Origin: Staphylococcus phage AH12
Sequence record: OR455461.1
Length of the DNA: 64,000 nt
Strand: one strand, 5' to 3'
The position numbers were made by a program, and so were the translations under genes. Below the pieces are notes generated by a model, which saw only the letters and a list, made by a program, of their open reading frames with translations, did not search any database and was not told where the DNA came from. Every line of letters begins with the position of its first letter. The stretch's first letter is position 1. Shown here piece by piece: positions 54,897 to 64,000 of the stretch.

Positions 54897-55061
54897 TTCC
54901 TTTCTAGTGTTAATTTATAATAAAAATAAAAATATAGAATCACTACACGCTAATATAATTTTTCTAATTTTATATTTTATAAATAAATGTTTAAAGTAAA
55001 TAAACCTTAATTTTCTTCGTTTTAAGATTTTGTATATATTTTTTAACTAAAACTTTCTAAT

Positions 55062-56591
55062 TTATCTTTTTAGTAATTTTTCTAATGCTTTTGAATCTAA
55101 ATCACCTTTTTTACTATCACTACTAACTTTAAGTGCACCAAGTTTATTTTGCTTAATGACTTCAAATTTACGATGATCTGGAAGGTATTTATAAACTATT
55201 TCTCTAGCTTCATCAATTACAATAAATTCTAATAAGAAGAATTCTTTATAGATTTTATCTACTGCACGTCTATCTGAAATTAAATCAATACCTGTCTTAC
55301 GCTTAACTTCTTGAACTTCATCAATACTAATCATTAATGCTGTTGTAGGAATATAGTTACCTGATCTAGAACGAGTAATACCACTAGCTCTATCAACTGT
55401 ATAAATAGAATTTAATTTATTCCAAATAGCTCCAGTACGTCCACGTTTAGAATCTCTAGCAATTTTCTTAGTTCTTTCAGTATCTAATAATAGATCTTTG
55501 AATAATCTTAATTCACCTGTAGTAAATTTAACTAATTTAGTTACAAGATTAGATTTTCTAGATTTATCAGATAGATAGAAAATTACATCTTCAGTTTTAA
55601 CAGGATGAACTACTGTCTTAACACCAAATTTAACTTGTTTAGTTGGATGTTTTACACCTTGTATTGCTTCACCTTTAGAATCTGTTAATAAGAATGTAAC
55701 TTCTGTAGTGACCATTGTAGGTAATGAAGAATTTAATTTATCTTTCTGAATAGTTGTAGTAGATCCAAATTTTTCAGAATACTCTTGTTGCATGTTATTA
55801 GTAACACCTTGCAGTTGTTCTAAACGTTCTTTGAATGCTTGAGCTAAAGGAAAACTGCCGTATGCAAAAGTAGTCCCATTATCTGCTTTCACTTCACGTG
55901 ATTCTTTTAATATATCAAATAATGAACGTGTACTATTGTCTCCTGTTTCTTTTAGATTTTTAAAGACAAATATCTCTTGTTCTCCTTTCTTCGTATCTAC
56001 ATAAATCGTAGCATCATAAGTATTATCATTTCTAGGATCTAAAGATTTCAAAAGTTCTTGTGTATCAAATTCAATAGATATTAAAGTTCCTTCTTCTTGA
56101 GGGTAGTCGTAATTAACAACCTCTTCATTTAATAAATCCATCTCTTCTTTAGTAATTGACATATCATTAATAGATGATAAATTAAATTTTTCATCCGGAG
56201 TTTCTATTAAATAATCATTGACACGTTTTATATCATTTGTTGTACTTTCGTTAAAGTTTACATTATTATGCAAATTACCCATAAATGAAGTAGAATCTTT
56301 AGGATTATATTCTTGTACTGCAGTATTAGTCAGTACAAAATCGAATTCATATGCTCTTTCTAATTCTAATTGATTTCTCATTAATTCTACTGTATCATTA
56401 TCAATAGAATCAGAAGTTACAAGTGGAAATTGTAATATGAAATCACCAGCTTTTCCTCTTAGTGATCTATCAAATGGTCTTTTTCGTTTATTGTTGTTTT
56501 TATAGTTACTGCTTACGTTACCAGGAGTTGTATCCTTAAGTAAACCAATAACATCTGAAAGTATATTTACTTTTTTAGCCAAAACTTTCAC
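55062..56591 (-). CDS. hypothetical protein (possibly structural)
   Basis: 509-aa ORF; no motif recognised. Confidence 0.45.
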   Translation of the reverse strand: MKVLAKKVNILSDVIGLLKDTTPGNVSSNYKNNNKRKRPFDRSLRGKAGDFILQFPLVTSDSIDNDTVELMRNQLELERAYEFDFVLTNTAVQEYNPKDSTSFMGNLHNNVNFNESTTNDIKRVNDYLIETPDEKFNLSSINDMSITKEEMDLLNEEVVNYDYPQEEGTLISIEFDTQELLKSLDPRNDNTYDATIYVDTKKGEQEIFVFKNLKETGDNSTRSLFDILKESREVKADNGTTFAYGSFPLAQAFKERLEQLQGVTNNMQQEYSEKFGSTTTIQKDKLNSSLPTMVTTEVTFLLTDSKGEAIQGVKHPTKQVKFGVKTVVHPVKTEDVIFYLSDKSRKSNLVTKLVKFTTGELRLFKDLLLDTERTKKIARDSKRGRTGAIWNKLNSIYTVDRASGITRSRSGNYIPTTALMISIDEVQEVKRKTGIDLISDRRAVDKIYKEFFLLEFIVIDEAREIVYKYLPDHRKFEVIKQNKLGALKVSSDSKKGDLDSKALEKLLKR

Positions 56592-56750
56592 TGCCTTCCT
56601 TATTTTTATTAAGATTTTTATAAAATTATGTTTGATGATGATTTTTAGTAAAAAAAGTAAAAAAAAAATTAGCTATTAATGACTCCATTTAAGGAATCAC
56701 TAATAGCTAATTTAAGATGAGCTGTTTTTAAATACTGTTATATTTAAGAA

Positions 56751-56795
56751 GGTTATCGCTTTGGGCTTTCGCCTGCCATACACTAGAAGCGATAA
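56751..56795. other. GC-rich inverted repeat in the divergent intergenic region (candidate small RNA or regulatory structure)
   Basis: ttatcgct-ttgggctttcgcctgccatacactaga-agcgataa; an above-background GC island in the 800-bp non-coding gap. Confidence 0.3.
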
Positions 56796-57204
56796 AATAC
56801 GTATATGACTACTTTCCTGTTTTCCGATACAGTTCCGTTCATTAAGTTTATCTATATTAATTAATATATTAAATATCTCTAAATTTCTTAGGAATATATA
56901 ATAATTCATCTAAAATAAAATTTTCTGTACTCATATTTTTATCTTTATTCTTTATCTCACTGTGAACACTTTCATTCTTCTTTCTTAATTCCTTAATTTC
57001 TTCTAATGTCATTTATTTTTATTCCCCTATACAAGCAACATATCTCTTACGCTATCTTATAAACATGTGTAGACTATATTAATTTTTCAATTAATATACC
57101 TAAATATAACAGTATAACTTTTTGATTATCGAGTATTTCATCGATTTGGAAATCTTTTATTTAACTCATTTGTCTACAATTGGCGTTTATTTCCTATTCG
57201 ATAA

Positions 57205-57218
57205 CTGGGAGGTCCCAG
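57205..57218. other. CTGGGAGGTCCCAG palindrome sharing a GGAGGTCC core with the 19979-19991 palindrome
   Basis: ctggga-gg-tcccag; compare gggaggtcctccc in unit 2 of the non-coding array. Confidence 0.3.
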
Positions 57219-57389
57219 ACCTTCTTCTCAATACTTTATAGGGTAAAGTAATAAGTCAGGCATATTTATAGACTAGTTATAAGAGCGAAGAAAGATGACA
57301 TTCTCTCTTCCATTATTATAATATAAATTTAAAAATTAAATTAAAATAATAAGTGTGCTTTAACATGTACTTATTAAAATTTTAAGAAA

Positions 57390-58379
57390 ATGAATGGTGG
57401 TGAAGAAAGATTGGCTGAAGATGATAAAAGCTTAGAAACTTCTTTTAAGGAAGAAATCAAAAAAGAAGGTAATGTAAAAGAAATAGAATCCTTTAACCCT
57501 TATAGAATGAAGGATAAAAATTCAGAAATATTTAATAAAGGTTTACCTTATATTTTCTTTACTGCTCCTCGTTTAAATTTAGTAGATGGTAATATAAATA
57601 GAGATAGTTTCTTTTCATATCTTAAAAGTGTTAAACCAAAATTATTAGAAACTTTAAATTTTAGTAATTTAAATGCTATAAGTTCAGGTAAACCTTTTAT
57701 TCCAATCCTTTCAAATAGATTTATGGGTATATCTATACCCGATACACAAACTACAATGAAAGAATTCCATGAAACATTCTACGGATATAAACAACACTTA
57801 CCGGTAGGAACAGTTAATTCAGTTGCTGGTGGAGAAATTGCTGTTGACTTTGAAGAAAATAAAAATATAGACATTATACATTTAATAAAAGCTTGGAGTG
57901 AATATATTGAAGGAGTTACTAGAGGTTATATGTATCCTTCAGAAGATGCGAAAAGTAAAAGGTATATAGATTATACTAGCTCTATATATTATTTCTTATT
58001 AGATTTTGATGGAGAAACTGTTTTACATTATTCTAAATACACAGGTTGTTTCCCTATTAATGTACCATATGATATATTCTCTCAAAATGTTGGTGAAGAT
58101 GTAGATGTTCCACATGTATCAGTTAACTTTGCTTATTCGTATAAAGAAGATATGAATCCAGATACCTTAGTTGATTTTAATACAGTATCAACAATGGGAA
58201 GTTCAGTTGCAAATGCTTCAGGTGCTTCTCCTATAAGAGCTAATATAAATGCAGTAACAATGGGTGTTAAACTCAAATACGATGAAATGTATCCTATTAA
58301 TACAGGTAGTCCTTATATTGCAATGGGATCAAGAAGTGAAGATGGATCACAAAATAAATATAGATTAAGATTTTTATAA
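57390..58379 (+). CDS. hypothetical protein
   Basis: 329-aa ORF. Confidence 0.45.
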   Translation: MNGGEERLAEDDKSLETSFKEEIKKEGNVKEIESFNPYRMKDKNSEIFNKGLPYIFFTAPRLNLVDGNINRDSFFSYLKSVKPKLLETLNFSNLNAISSGKPFIPILSNRFMGISIPDTQTTMKEFHETFYGYKQHLPVGTVNSVAGGEIAVDFEENKNIDIIHLIKAWSEYIEGVTRGYMYPSEDAKSKRYIDYTSSIYYFLLDFDGETVLHYSKYTGCFPINVPYDIFSQNVGEDVDVPHVSVNFAYSYKEDMNPDTLVDFNTVSTMGSSVANASGASPIRANINAVTMGVKLKYDEMYPINTGSPYIAMGSRSEDGSQNKYRLRFL

Positions 58380-58402
58380 GAAAGTGAGTTGAAATTAATA
58401 AA

Positions 58403-61393
58403 ATGGCTATAACACAGTATTTCTCTAACGAACAAGAGAAATTAGATTTTTTAAATAATGCTAAGATAGATACGGATAGTGTTATTAAAATAGGAAGTAC
58501 TTCATACGATGTTAAAGAAAAATGGTTTAATATGGCTAGCAAATTCTTTGAAATTGATACTGAAAATACTCCTATTGATGATAATGAAAATGAAGAACTT
58601 ATTAGTTTACTTAAAGCAGGTTTATTTGGTTATATTAATGAGATTAATTCTCATGAAGTTAAAAATGCTATATATCATAGAAACGTTTTGTATGATGAAT
58701 TATTCTTAAATACAGCATCAATACCAATGTCAATTTATAACTTTGCTAAATTATATAATGTACCTATTCAAATGGCCACACCTGCTAACTTTAAAGTAGA
58801 TTTAGTAGTTAGAAAAGAAGATATATTAAAACTTCCAACTAAAGAGATTATATCTACTAAAACTATTGATAAAGAAAAATCTCTAAAAACATACGAAGCA
58901 ACTATATCTAAAAAACAAGATTTCACTATAGGTAACTTTAAATATAGCTTACCTTATGATGTTTCTATTATATTAAAACAATATCCAGTTACTAAAGATG
59001 GTAAAGAATTAATTGATTATAAAATATCAGCTAATTATAATATAGATAACAACTTATTTAAATTCTCATCTATACTAGACAATAACGTTAAAGTAACTAA
59101 AAATATTTCTAATGGAATAGATTATTTATTCTTTAGTTTAGATCTATATCAAATTGATAGAGTTGAAAAAGAATTTAATATTACAAGTAATGATATTGCA
59201 GAAAATATTTATCTAGATAGTAGTTATGAAGGTCAATTAGCTGGATTTAATGTATTTTATGAATATATGGGTGAAAGAATTCCTATGGAAACTTATTTCA
59301 ATAATACATTTACTCCAGATACGGATAATCCTTTCTGTTATTACAATTTTAAAGAGGAAAATAAATTAGAAATATCTTTCTCTAATATTGCTAATTCATT
59401 TAGACCTAAAGCAAATAGTAGAGTTGTAATTGAAACTTTAACTACTAGAGGTGAACAGGGTAACTTTAATTATAATGATGCATTAAATGTATCATTAGAA
59501 TCTGGAATTAGTACATTTGAAAAAATACCAGTTACAGTATTACCTAAAGGAAATTCTGTTAACGGTAGAAATAAACCTACAGTAAATTCAGAAAAAAGAC
59601 GTATTATTAATAAAGCTATAACTAGAGATAATATTATTACAGATTTTGATATTAAAAATTATTTTAATGAAGTTAATGACAGTAATAATATTAATAATTC
59701 ATTTATTAATTTTGTTAAGAAACGTAATGATCTATATACACGTATGTATAATGCATTCTTATTATTAAGAGATAGTAATAATAAAGTTATGCCTACAAAC
59801 ACTGCACCTTATTTAGATTTCCCTAAGCAATACTTCATTGGAAATACTTCTTTAGGAAATGAAGAAAATGGTTATGTTATTCCAGAAAATAGTCTATTTA
59901 AATACGATCATGAAGAAAAAGAATATGTCCATATACCTGATGGTTTAGATGATAAAGATGAAAAAGAAAAATTTGAAAAAGATAAAGATTCTTTATATTA
60001 TGTAAATCCTTTCTTAATCAAGATTAATAAGTATCCTTTCTTATCTTCCAACTATTATAAACTTCATGTAAATGATTTATTCTCAACTGAGTATAAATAC
60101 ATTAATGATTTAATACCTAGTAATATAACTACAACTGATTTATATGTAGAAAAATTAAATGATTTCAAAAATACATTAGAATCAGATACATTTAAATTTA
60201 GTGTAGAAATTGGTATGGATACATCATTACAAGAAATGAAAGATTTATTAAGTGTTAGAGTAGTTCTATTATCTCAAGAAACTGGAGAGAAGTATGGTTA
60301 CTTTGAATTAAAACCAGAAGAAAATATTGAATCTGAAAATAATATTATTGATGACAGTGATAGTAGTGTTGATAAATCTTCACTATATACAGGAATGATA
60401 TCTACAAACAGATCTTTCCATGAAGGAAAACTAGCAATCACAGATTCATTATATGATTCAAAAGGTATTGTACAAGATAATGTATTTATAGATGAGAAAT
60501 TTGTAGTTAAAATTGGAATTATGTATAAAGATGAAGATATGAGATATTTTAATGAATTAGATTATTCTGATGAAATGAATTTCTTTAAAGATGCTTTTCC
60601 TAATCATGAAGATAATGTAATTAATGACTATACATTAGCTTGTTCTATGGAAACTTTTGAAGGAGTATCTATCTATAAAGATATGTCAAATGTAATGAAT
60701 AGTACAATATCTATGGATGATTCTAAATGTAGAGTAGAATTAATACCAATGTTCTCATTAGGTTACTTCATGAATAATTATGAAGAAGTATATAACGTAT
60801 TAGATAGTTATAAAGATATACTAGAAGATGCTATTCCTAGATTACAAAATAATACTAGTATAGATATGAAACTGTATAATACAAAAGGTCCTTCTAATAA
60901 TTATTATTTAGATACTAAATTAAATGATGATAATGTAGAAAATAAATATATCTCTAGAACTGATATATTACTAGATCTAAATATAACACTATACGCTCCA
61001 ATTAATGATTTCTTAGATAAAGAAATTAAAAGATATATATCAGATTTTATTGAAGCATGTAATGAAAATGGTATTATACCTATATCGAATTTAATAAGAT
61101 TATTAGAACAAAATTTTGATATCATTAAATATATTGTATTTAATGGAATTTCAGGCAAATATGCAGAGAAAGTTGATAATCACTATCAAAAACTTCTTAA
61201 CACTAATTTAGGTTATAACGATCTAAATAAACAAGAAATTATCGAATATGTTCCAGAATATATAAACATTAAAAAGAATCTTAGAGATAATAAAGTAGAA
61301 ATTGAAAATGAAGATAATTCAACAGGGACTACAGTTATAGATTTAGGATTAACTTATGATGATGTTGTAAATATTACTTATTCAGTTTCTTAA
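58403..61393 (+). CDS. large hypothetical protein (996 aa), possibly structural
   Basis: Uninterrupted 3 kb ORF. Confidence 0.5.
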   Translation: MAITQYFSNEQEKLDFLNNAKIDTDSVIKIGSTSYDVKEKWFNMASKFFEIDTENTPIDDNENEELISLLKAGLFGYINEINSHEVKNAIYHRNVLYDELFLNTASIPMSIYNFAKLYNVPIQMATPANFKVDLVVRKEDILKLPTKEIISTKTIDKEKSLKTYEATISKKQDFTIGNFKYSLPYDVSIILKQYPVTKDGKELIDYKISANYNIDNNLFKFSSILDNNVKVTKNISNGIDYLFFSLDLYQIDRVEKEFNITSNDIAENIYLDSSYEGQLAGFNVFYEYMGERIPMETYFNNTFTPDTDNPFCYYNFKEENKLEISFSNIANSFRPKANSRVVIETLTTRGEQGNFNYNDALNVSLESGISTFEKIPVTVLPKGNSVNGRNKPTVNSEKRRIINKAITRDNIITDFDIKNYFNEVNDSNNINNSFINFVKKRNDLYTRMYNAFLLLRDSNNKVMPTNTAPYLDFPKQYFIGNTSLGNEENGYVIPENSLFKYDHEEKEYVHIPDGLDDKDEKEKFEKDKDSLYYVNPFLIKINKYPFLSSNYYKLHVNDLFSTEYKYINDLIPSNITTTDLYVEKLNDFKNTLESDTFKFSVEIGMDTSLQEMKDLLSVRVVLLSQETGEKYGYFELKPEENIESENNIIDDSDSSVDKSSLYTGMISTNRSFHEGKLAITDSLYDSKGIVQDNVFIDEKFVVKIGIMYKDEDMRYFNELDYSDEMNFFKDAFPNHEDNVINDYTLACSMETFEGVSIYKDMSNVMNSTISMDDSKCRVELIPMFSLGYFMNNYEEVYNVLDSYKDILEDAIPRLQNNTSIDMKLYNTKGPSNNYYLDTKLNDDNVENKYISRTDILLDLNITLYAPINDFLDKEIKRYISDFIEACNENGIIPISNLIRLLEQNFDIIKYIVFNGISGKYAEKVDNHYQKLLNTNLGYNDLNKQEIIEYVPEYINIKKNLRDNKVEIENEDNSTGTTVIDLGLTYDDVVNITYSVS

Positions 61394-61421
61394 TATAAAA
61401 TAAAAAGGAGAATTTAAACTT

Positions 61422-62402
61422 ATGTCTAAACCATTCATCTCAAAATATCGTCAAAGTCAAGCTGACTTAAATAAAAAAGCTAATACAGCTTTAGAACAGA
61501 AAAAATACAACGATATGGTCAATGAAGAATTACAAGTTTCAAAAGAGAAAGATTTAATTTCAGGAAGAAATAACCAAATCAAGGCTACAAATAAAAGAGC
61601 TATAGATAACGCTAAAAATAAAAATGATAGAGATTTATTATCATTAAACACTCAAACTATTATGACTACTCTTTTTTCAGCATTAGTATTTAATACTTTC
61701 CCTAACAAAATTGCTGATAAAAGTAAATTACGTGACCATATTGTAAACAAGAGTCGTGTTTTCTTTAATGAAGCAATTGATGCTGAATTAGCTGATTATC
61801 AAGGTAGTGAAGTATTTAAAAATGCAAAATTCAATGCTGCAACTTATGCTAAAGACGCTCATGGAGTTATTGATCCTAAAGACTCAATTAAAGGAGCTAA
61901 AGTAGTTTATAAAAAAGGTAGTACTGAATTTGACTACTTAGTAAATGTAGTTGCTAAGAAAATTGAATCTGCTGTAATCAGAGAATCAGAACTAGTTGAT
62001 GTACGTGAAAAATTAAACGAAGGTATTGCTGATACTCATAAAAAACAAAGTAAAACATTTTTCCGTACATTACATGAAATGGCAATTAATGATATTGTAA
62101 ATAATGAAGAATATCTTAAAGAAGAAATTTCTGCTGAAGAAGTTAATATGAATGCGTTAACTGAAGCTGTTTTAGACTATACTATTATGGAATTAGTTCA
62201 TACAGCTAAATTAAGTACATTTAATATGTCAGAAGTTCAAAAATCTATTAAAAATGGATCATTGAAAGTTAATACATCTCAATCTTCTAAAGTAAATCCT
62301 GAGAATGGTTCTACTAAACCATCTGGCGATGGTGTAAAACCTAGAGTCAGAGATAATGAAAATAAACCGAAGTCAGGAAAAGTTCAATTAAACGAAGAAT
62401 AA
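61422..62402 (+). CDS. hypothetical protein
   Basis: 326 aa; RBS aaaggag upstream. Confidence 0.45.
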   Translation: MSKPFISKYRQSQADLNKKANTALEQKKYNDMVNEELQVSKEKDLISGRNNQIKATNKRAIDNAKNKNDRDLLSLNTQTIMTTLFSALVFNTFPNKIADKSKLRDHIVNKSRVFFNEAIDAELADYQGSEVFKNAKFNAATYAKDAHGVIDPKDSIKGAKVVYKKGSTEFDYLVNVVAKKIESAVIRESELVDVREKLNEGIADTHKKQSKTFFRTLHEMAINDIVNNEEYLKEEISAEEVNMNALTEAVLDYTIMELVHTAKLSTFNMSEVQKSIKNGSLKVNTSQSSKVNPENGSTKPSGDGVKPRVRDNENKPKSGKVQLNEE

Positions 62403-62422
62403 AAAAAAAAATAATAAAATTT

Positions 62423-62452
62423 CCCCAATACCTATTAATTTAGGTATTGGGG
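62423..62452. terminator. CCCCAATACC/GGTATTGGGG palindrome (identical to the 39251 copy) between convergent genes
   Basis: Preceded by an A-run: aaaaaaaaaaataataaaattt-ccccaatacctattaatttaggtattgggg. Confidence 0.55.
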
Positions 62453-62461
62453 ATTATATTT

Positions 62462-62932
62462 TTAAATAGATTTTTGATACTCATTTCTTTCTTTTACATA
62501 TAGTGTTAATTTGTAGTACATTATATCTAATATAATATTTGGTAATTCTTCATTATCATAAACTTTATAGAGTTTTTTCTTAAAATCTTCAGATATATAA
62601 CTCATGTATCTATTATAAACATCTTCCAATATTGTATTCTTTCTTTGTTCCGTAATACTTACATTAGAAAATTTCATAGATGGATTTTCTAAATATACAT
62701 CTAGATATATTTCTTCTATTGTTATATCAAAAGTAGGTTTTAAGAAGTTATCAATAGAATAATCTAAATCATCAATAATACTTTTACCATCAAATTTATC
62801 TTCCATATCTTTTACTTTATATTGGAGTTGATTAACATTTTTTAAGCTTTGTTTATACTTATAATAATAATGTCCTATGAATATACCTAGAAGTATACAT
62901 ATAAATATTAAAGCTGTAACTAAAAACCACAT
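62462..62932 (-). CDS. small membrane protein (N-terminal TM helix)
   Basis: MWFLVTALIFICILLGIFIGHYY. Confidence 0.45.
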   Translation of the reverse strand: MWFLVTALIFICILLGIFIGHYYYKYKQSLKNVNQLQYKVKDMEDKFDGKSIIDDLDYSIDNFLKPTFDITIEEIYLDVYLENPSMKFSNVSITEQRKNTILEDVYNRYMSYISEDFKKKLYKVYDNEELPNIILDIMYYKLTLYVKERNEYQKSI

Positions 62933-63092
62933 TCATTTCACCTCCTTTTTATTCTTCTTAATTTATTGAATCTTTTTCTTTTATTCTTAATTTTAATTTT
63001 TTCACTACGTTCTTTTTTAAGAATATCATTTGAAATATTTGACACTATAAGTAATACTAAAGATATTATGAAAACCATTACAATATAAATCA

Positions 63093-63647
63093 TTACAGTT
63101 CACCATCTTTAATTCTAATGAAGTTAACATTATTTTCTATTAATAAATCCATAACAGGTTCATAATCATCATAGAGTTCATTAAAGTAAACTGTTTTTAT
63201 TCCTGAAGCTATGATATTCTTAGCACAATTGTAACATGGTGAATGTGTGCAATATAAATCAAGTCCTTCTGTAGATATTCCTTTTTTACTCATTTTAGTC
63301 AACGCATTTATTTCTGCATGAACTTCATTAAGTAATGACCATTTATGATGAAGTTCTTGATCTTCGCATTCTATTAGCTCATCTCCATTAATTTCATACC
63401 AAACATTATCTTTTTTCTTAAATATTTCATTACAATTAACTTTACCAGGAAATGATCCATTTACTCCTATAGAATATATTGAAGAATTATCTGCAATAAT
63501 TGAACTAACTTTTTTAGCTGCACACTTACTCAATTCAGAAGCTTCTTTACAATATTTCATACATAATATGTTCCATTTATTGATTTCATAAAAATCATTA
63601 AATTCATTATCATTAAAATCTATTTTTGTAGTCATAATTAAATTCAT
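63093..63647 (-). CDS. deoxycytidylate (dCMP) deaminase
   Basis: VHAEINAL (H-A-E zinc ligand/catalytic Glu) and THSPCYNCAKNI (PCxxC) signature of the cytidine/dCMP deaminase family. Confidence 0.65.
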   Translation of the reverse strand: MNLIMTTKIDFNDNEFNDFYEINKWNILCMKYCKEASELSKCAAKKVSSIIADNSSIYSIGVNGSFPGKVNCNEIFKKKDNVWYEINGDELIECEDQELHHKWSLLNEVHAEINALTKMSKKGISTEGLDLYCTHSPCYNCAKNIIASGIKTVYFNELYDDYEPVMDLLIENNVNFIRIKDGEL

Positions 63648-63656
63648 AAACTCCTT

Positions 63657-64000
63657 TTATTTTAAATTATTAACAAATTCAGTTATTTTCTCTATAATAT
63701 AATCATATGAATAAGCTTCATCATTATTTTCATAAGCGAGTAATTTTCCTTTATTTGCATATTCATCAGCTAATTCATTGTATTTTGAATCTTGGTCAAT
63801 TGATTTATTATGTCCTTTTGTCCATGATAAATTTATATTAAACCTCATTCCTAAATTATATTTTATATCATCTATTAATGACCATAGTTCTTTATTTTTT
63901 ATAGGAGCTCCTGTATTTGTTAACCAACCATTTTCTGACCATTTTGAAAGATATTTATTAAAACCATCAACAACATATCTAGAATCTGTTTTAATATTTA
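63657..64000 (-). CDS. ribonuclease H (RNase HI), C-terminal part; the gene continues beyond the window end
   Basis: The track shows only the last 63 aa (WTKGHNKSIDQD...NELADEYANKG, RNase HI C-terminal motif). The frame stays open upstream to the edge: ...TDSRYVVDGFNKYLSKWSENGWLTNTGAPIKNKELWSLID... matches the RNase HI core. Confidence 0.55.
   Translation of the reverse strand, partial: NIKTDSRYVVDGFNKYLSKWSENGWLTNTGAPIKNKELWSLIDDIKYNLGMRFNINLSWTKGHNKSIDQDSKYNELADEYANKGKLLAYENNDEAYSYDYIIEKITEFVNNLK

Noticed and set aside
56712-56909. 65-aa ORF in the divergent intergenic region
   Set aside because: No RBS is present. It overlaps the GC-rich inverted repeat and is more likely non-coding.

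Overview
The window is AT-rich (roughly 28-30% GC by eye) and densely coding, and it reads as part of a large virulent phage of a low-GC host, probably jumbo or T4-like in gene content. Modules visible: (i) 1-19.5 kb, minus-strand genes for a thermonuclease-like protein, two HNH/NUMOD4 homing-endonuclease-like proteins, an MBL-fold hydrolase, a lipoprotein, a T4 gp39/gp60-type DNA topoisomerase II ATPase subunit split into three ORFs, a processive GT2 glycosyltransferase, many hypotheticals and a reverse transcriptase; (ii) 19.5-20.6 kb, a 1.1 kb non-coding GC-rich structured region directly 5' of the reverse transcriptase on the same strand; (iii) 20.6-35.1 kb, minus-strand putative virion/tail genes including two giant ORFs of 1581 and 1519 aa; (iv) 35.4-48.7 kb, a plus-strand replication module with an SbcD/Mre11-like nuclease, a DnaB/gp41-like helicase, a GroEL-like chaperonin, and on the minus strand a guanylate-kinase-like protein and a C2H2 Zn-finger protein; (v) 48.7-64 kb, mixed-strand genes including three tandem paralogues, a dCMP deaminase and a partial RNase H. 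The most interesting candidate is a retron-like element. The reverse transcriptase carries a 'NAxxH' motif (aa 'NADYH'), a 'VTG' motif and 'YSDD' in place of YADD, and it has a 215-aa N-terminal extension. It is preceded by four tandem units of about 200 bp, each a conserved-loop/covarying-stem hairpin, a conserved box and a variable GC-rich long stem-loop, then an intrinsic terminator. It is followed by two unknown genes that could be effectors. The second notable finding is that the topoisomerase gene is interrupted at two conserved motifs by two copies of a structured mini-element of about 100 bp, and neither downstream fragment has a credible start codon. A family of 'CCCAATACC...GGTATTGGG' palindromes punctuates gene boundaries. 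All functional calls come from motifs read by eye; no database search was possible.
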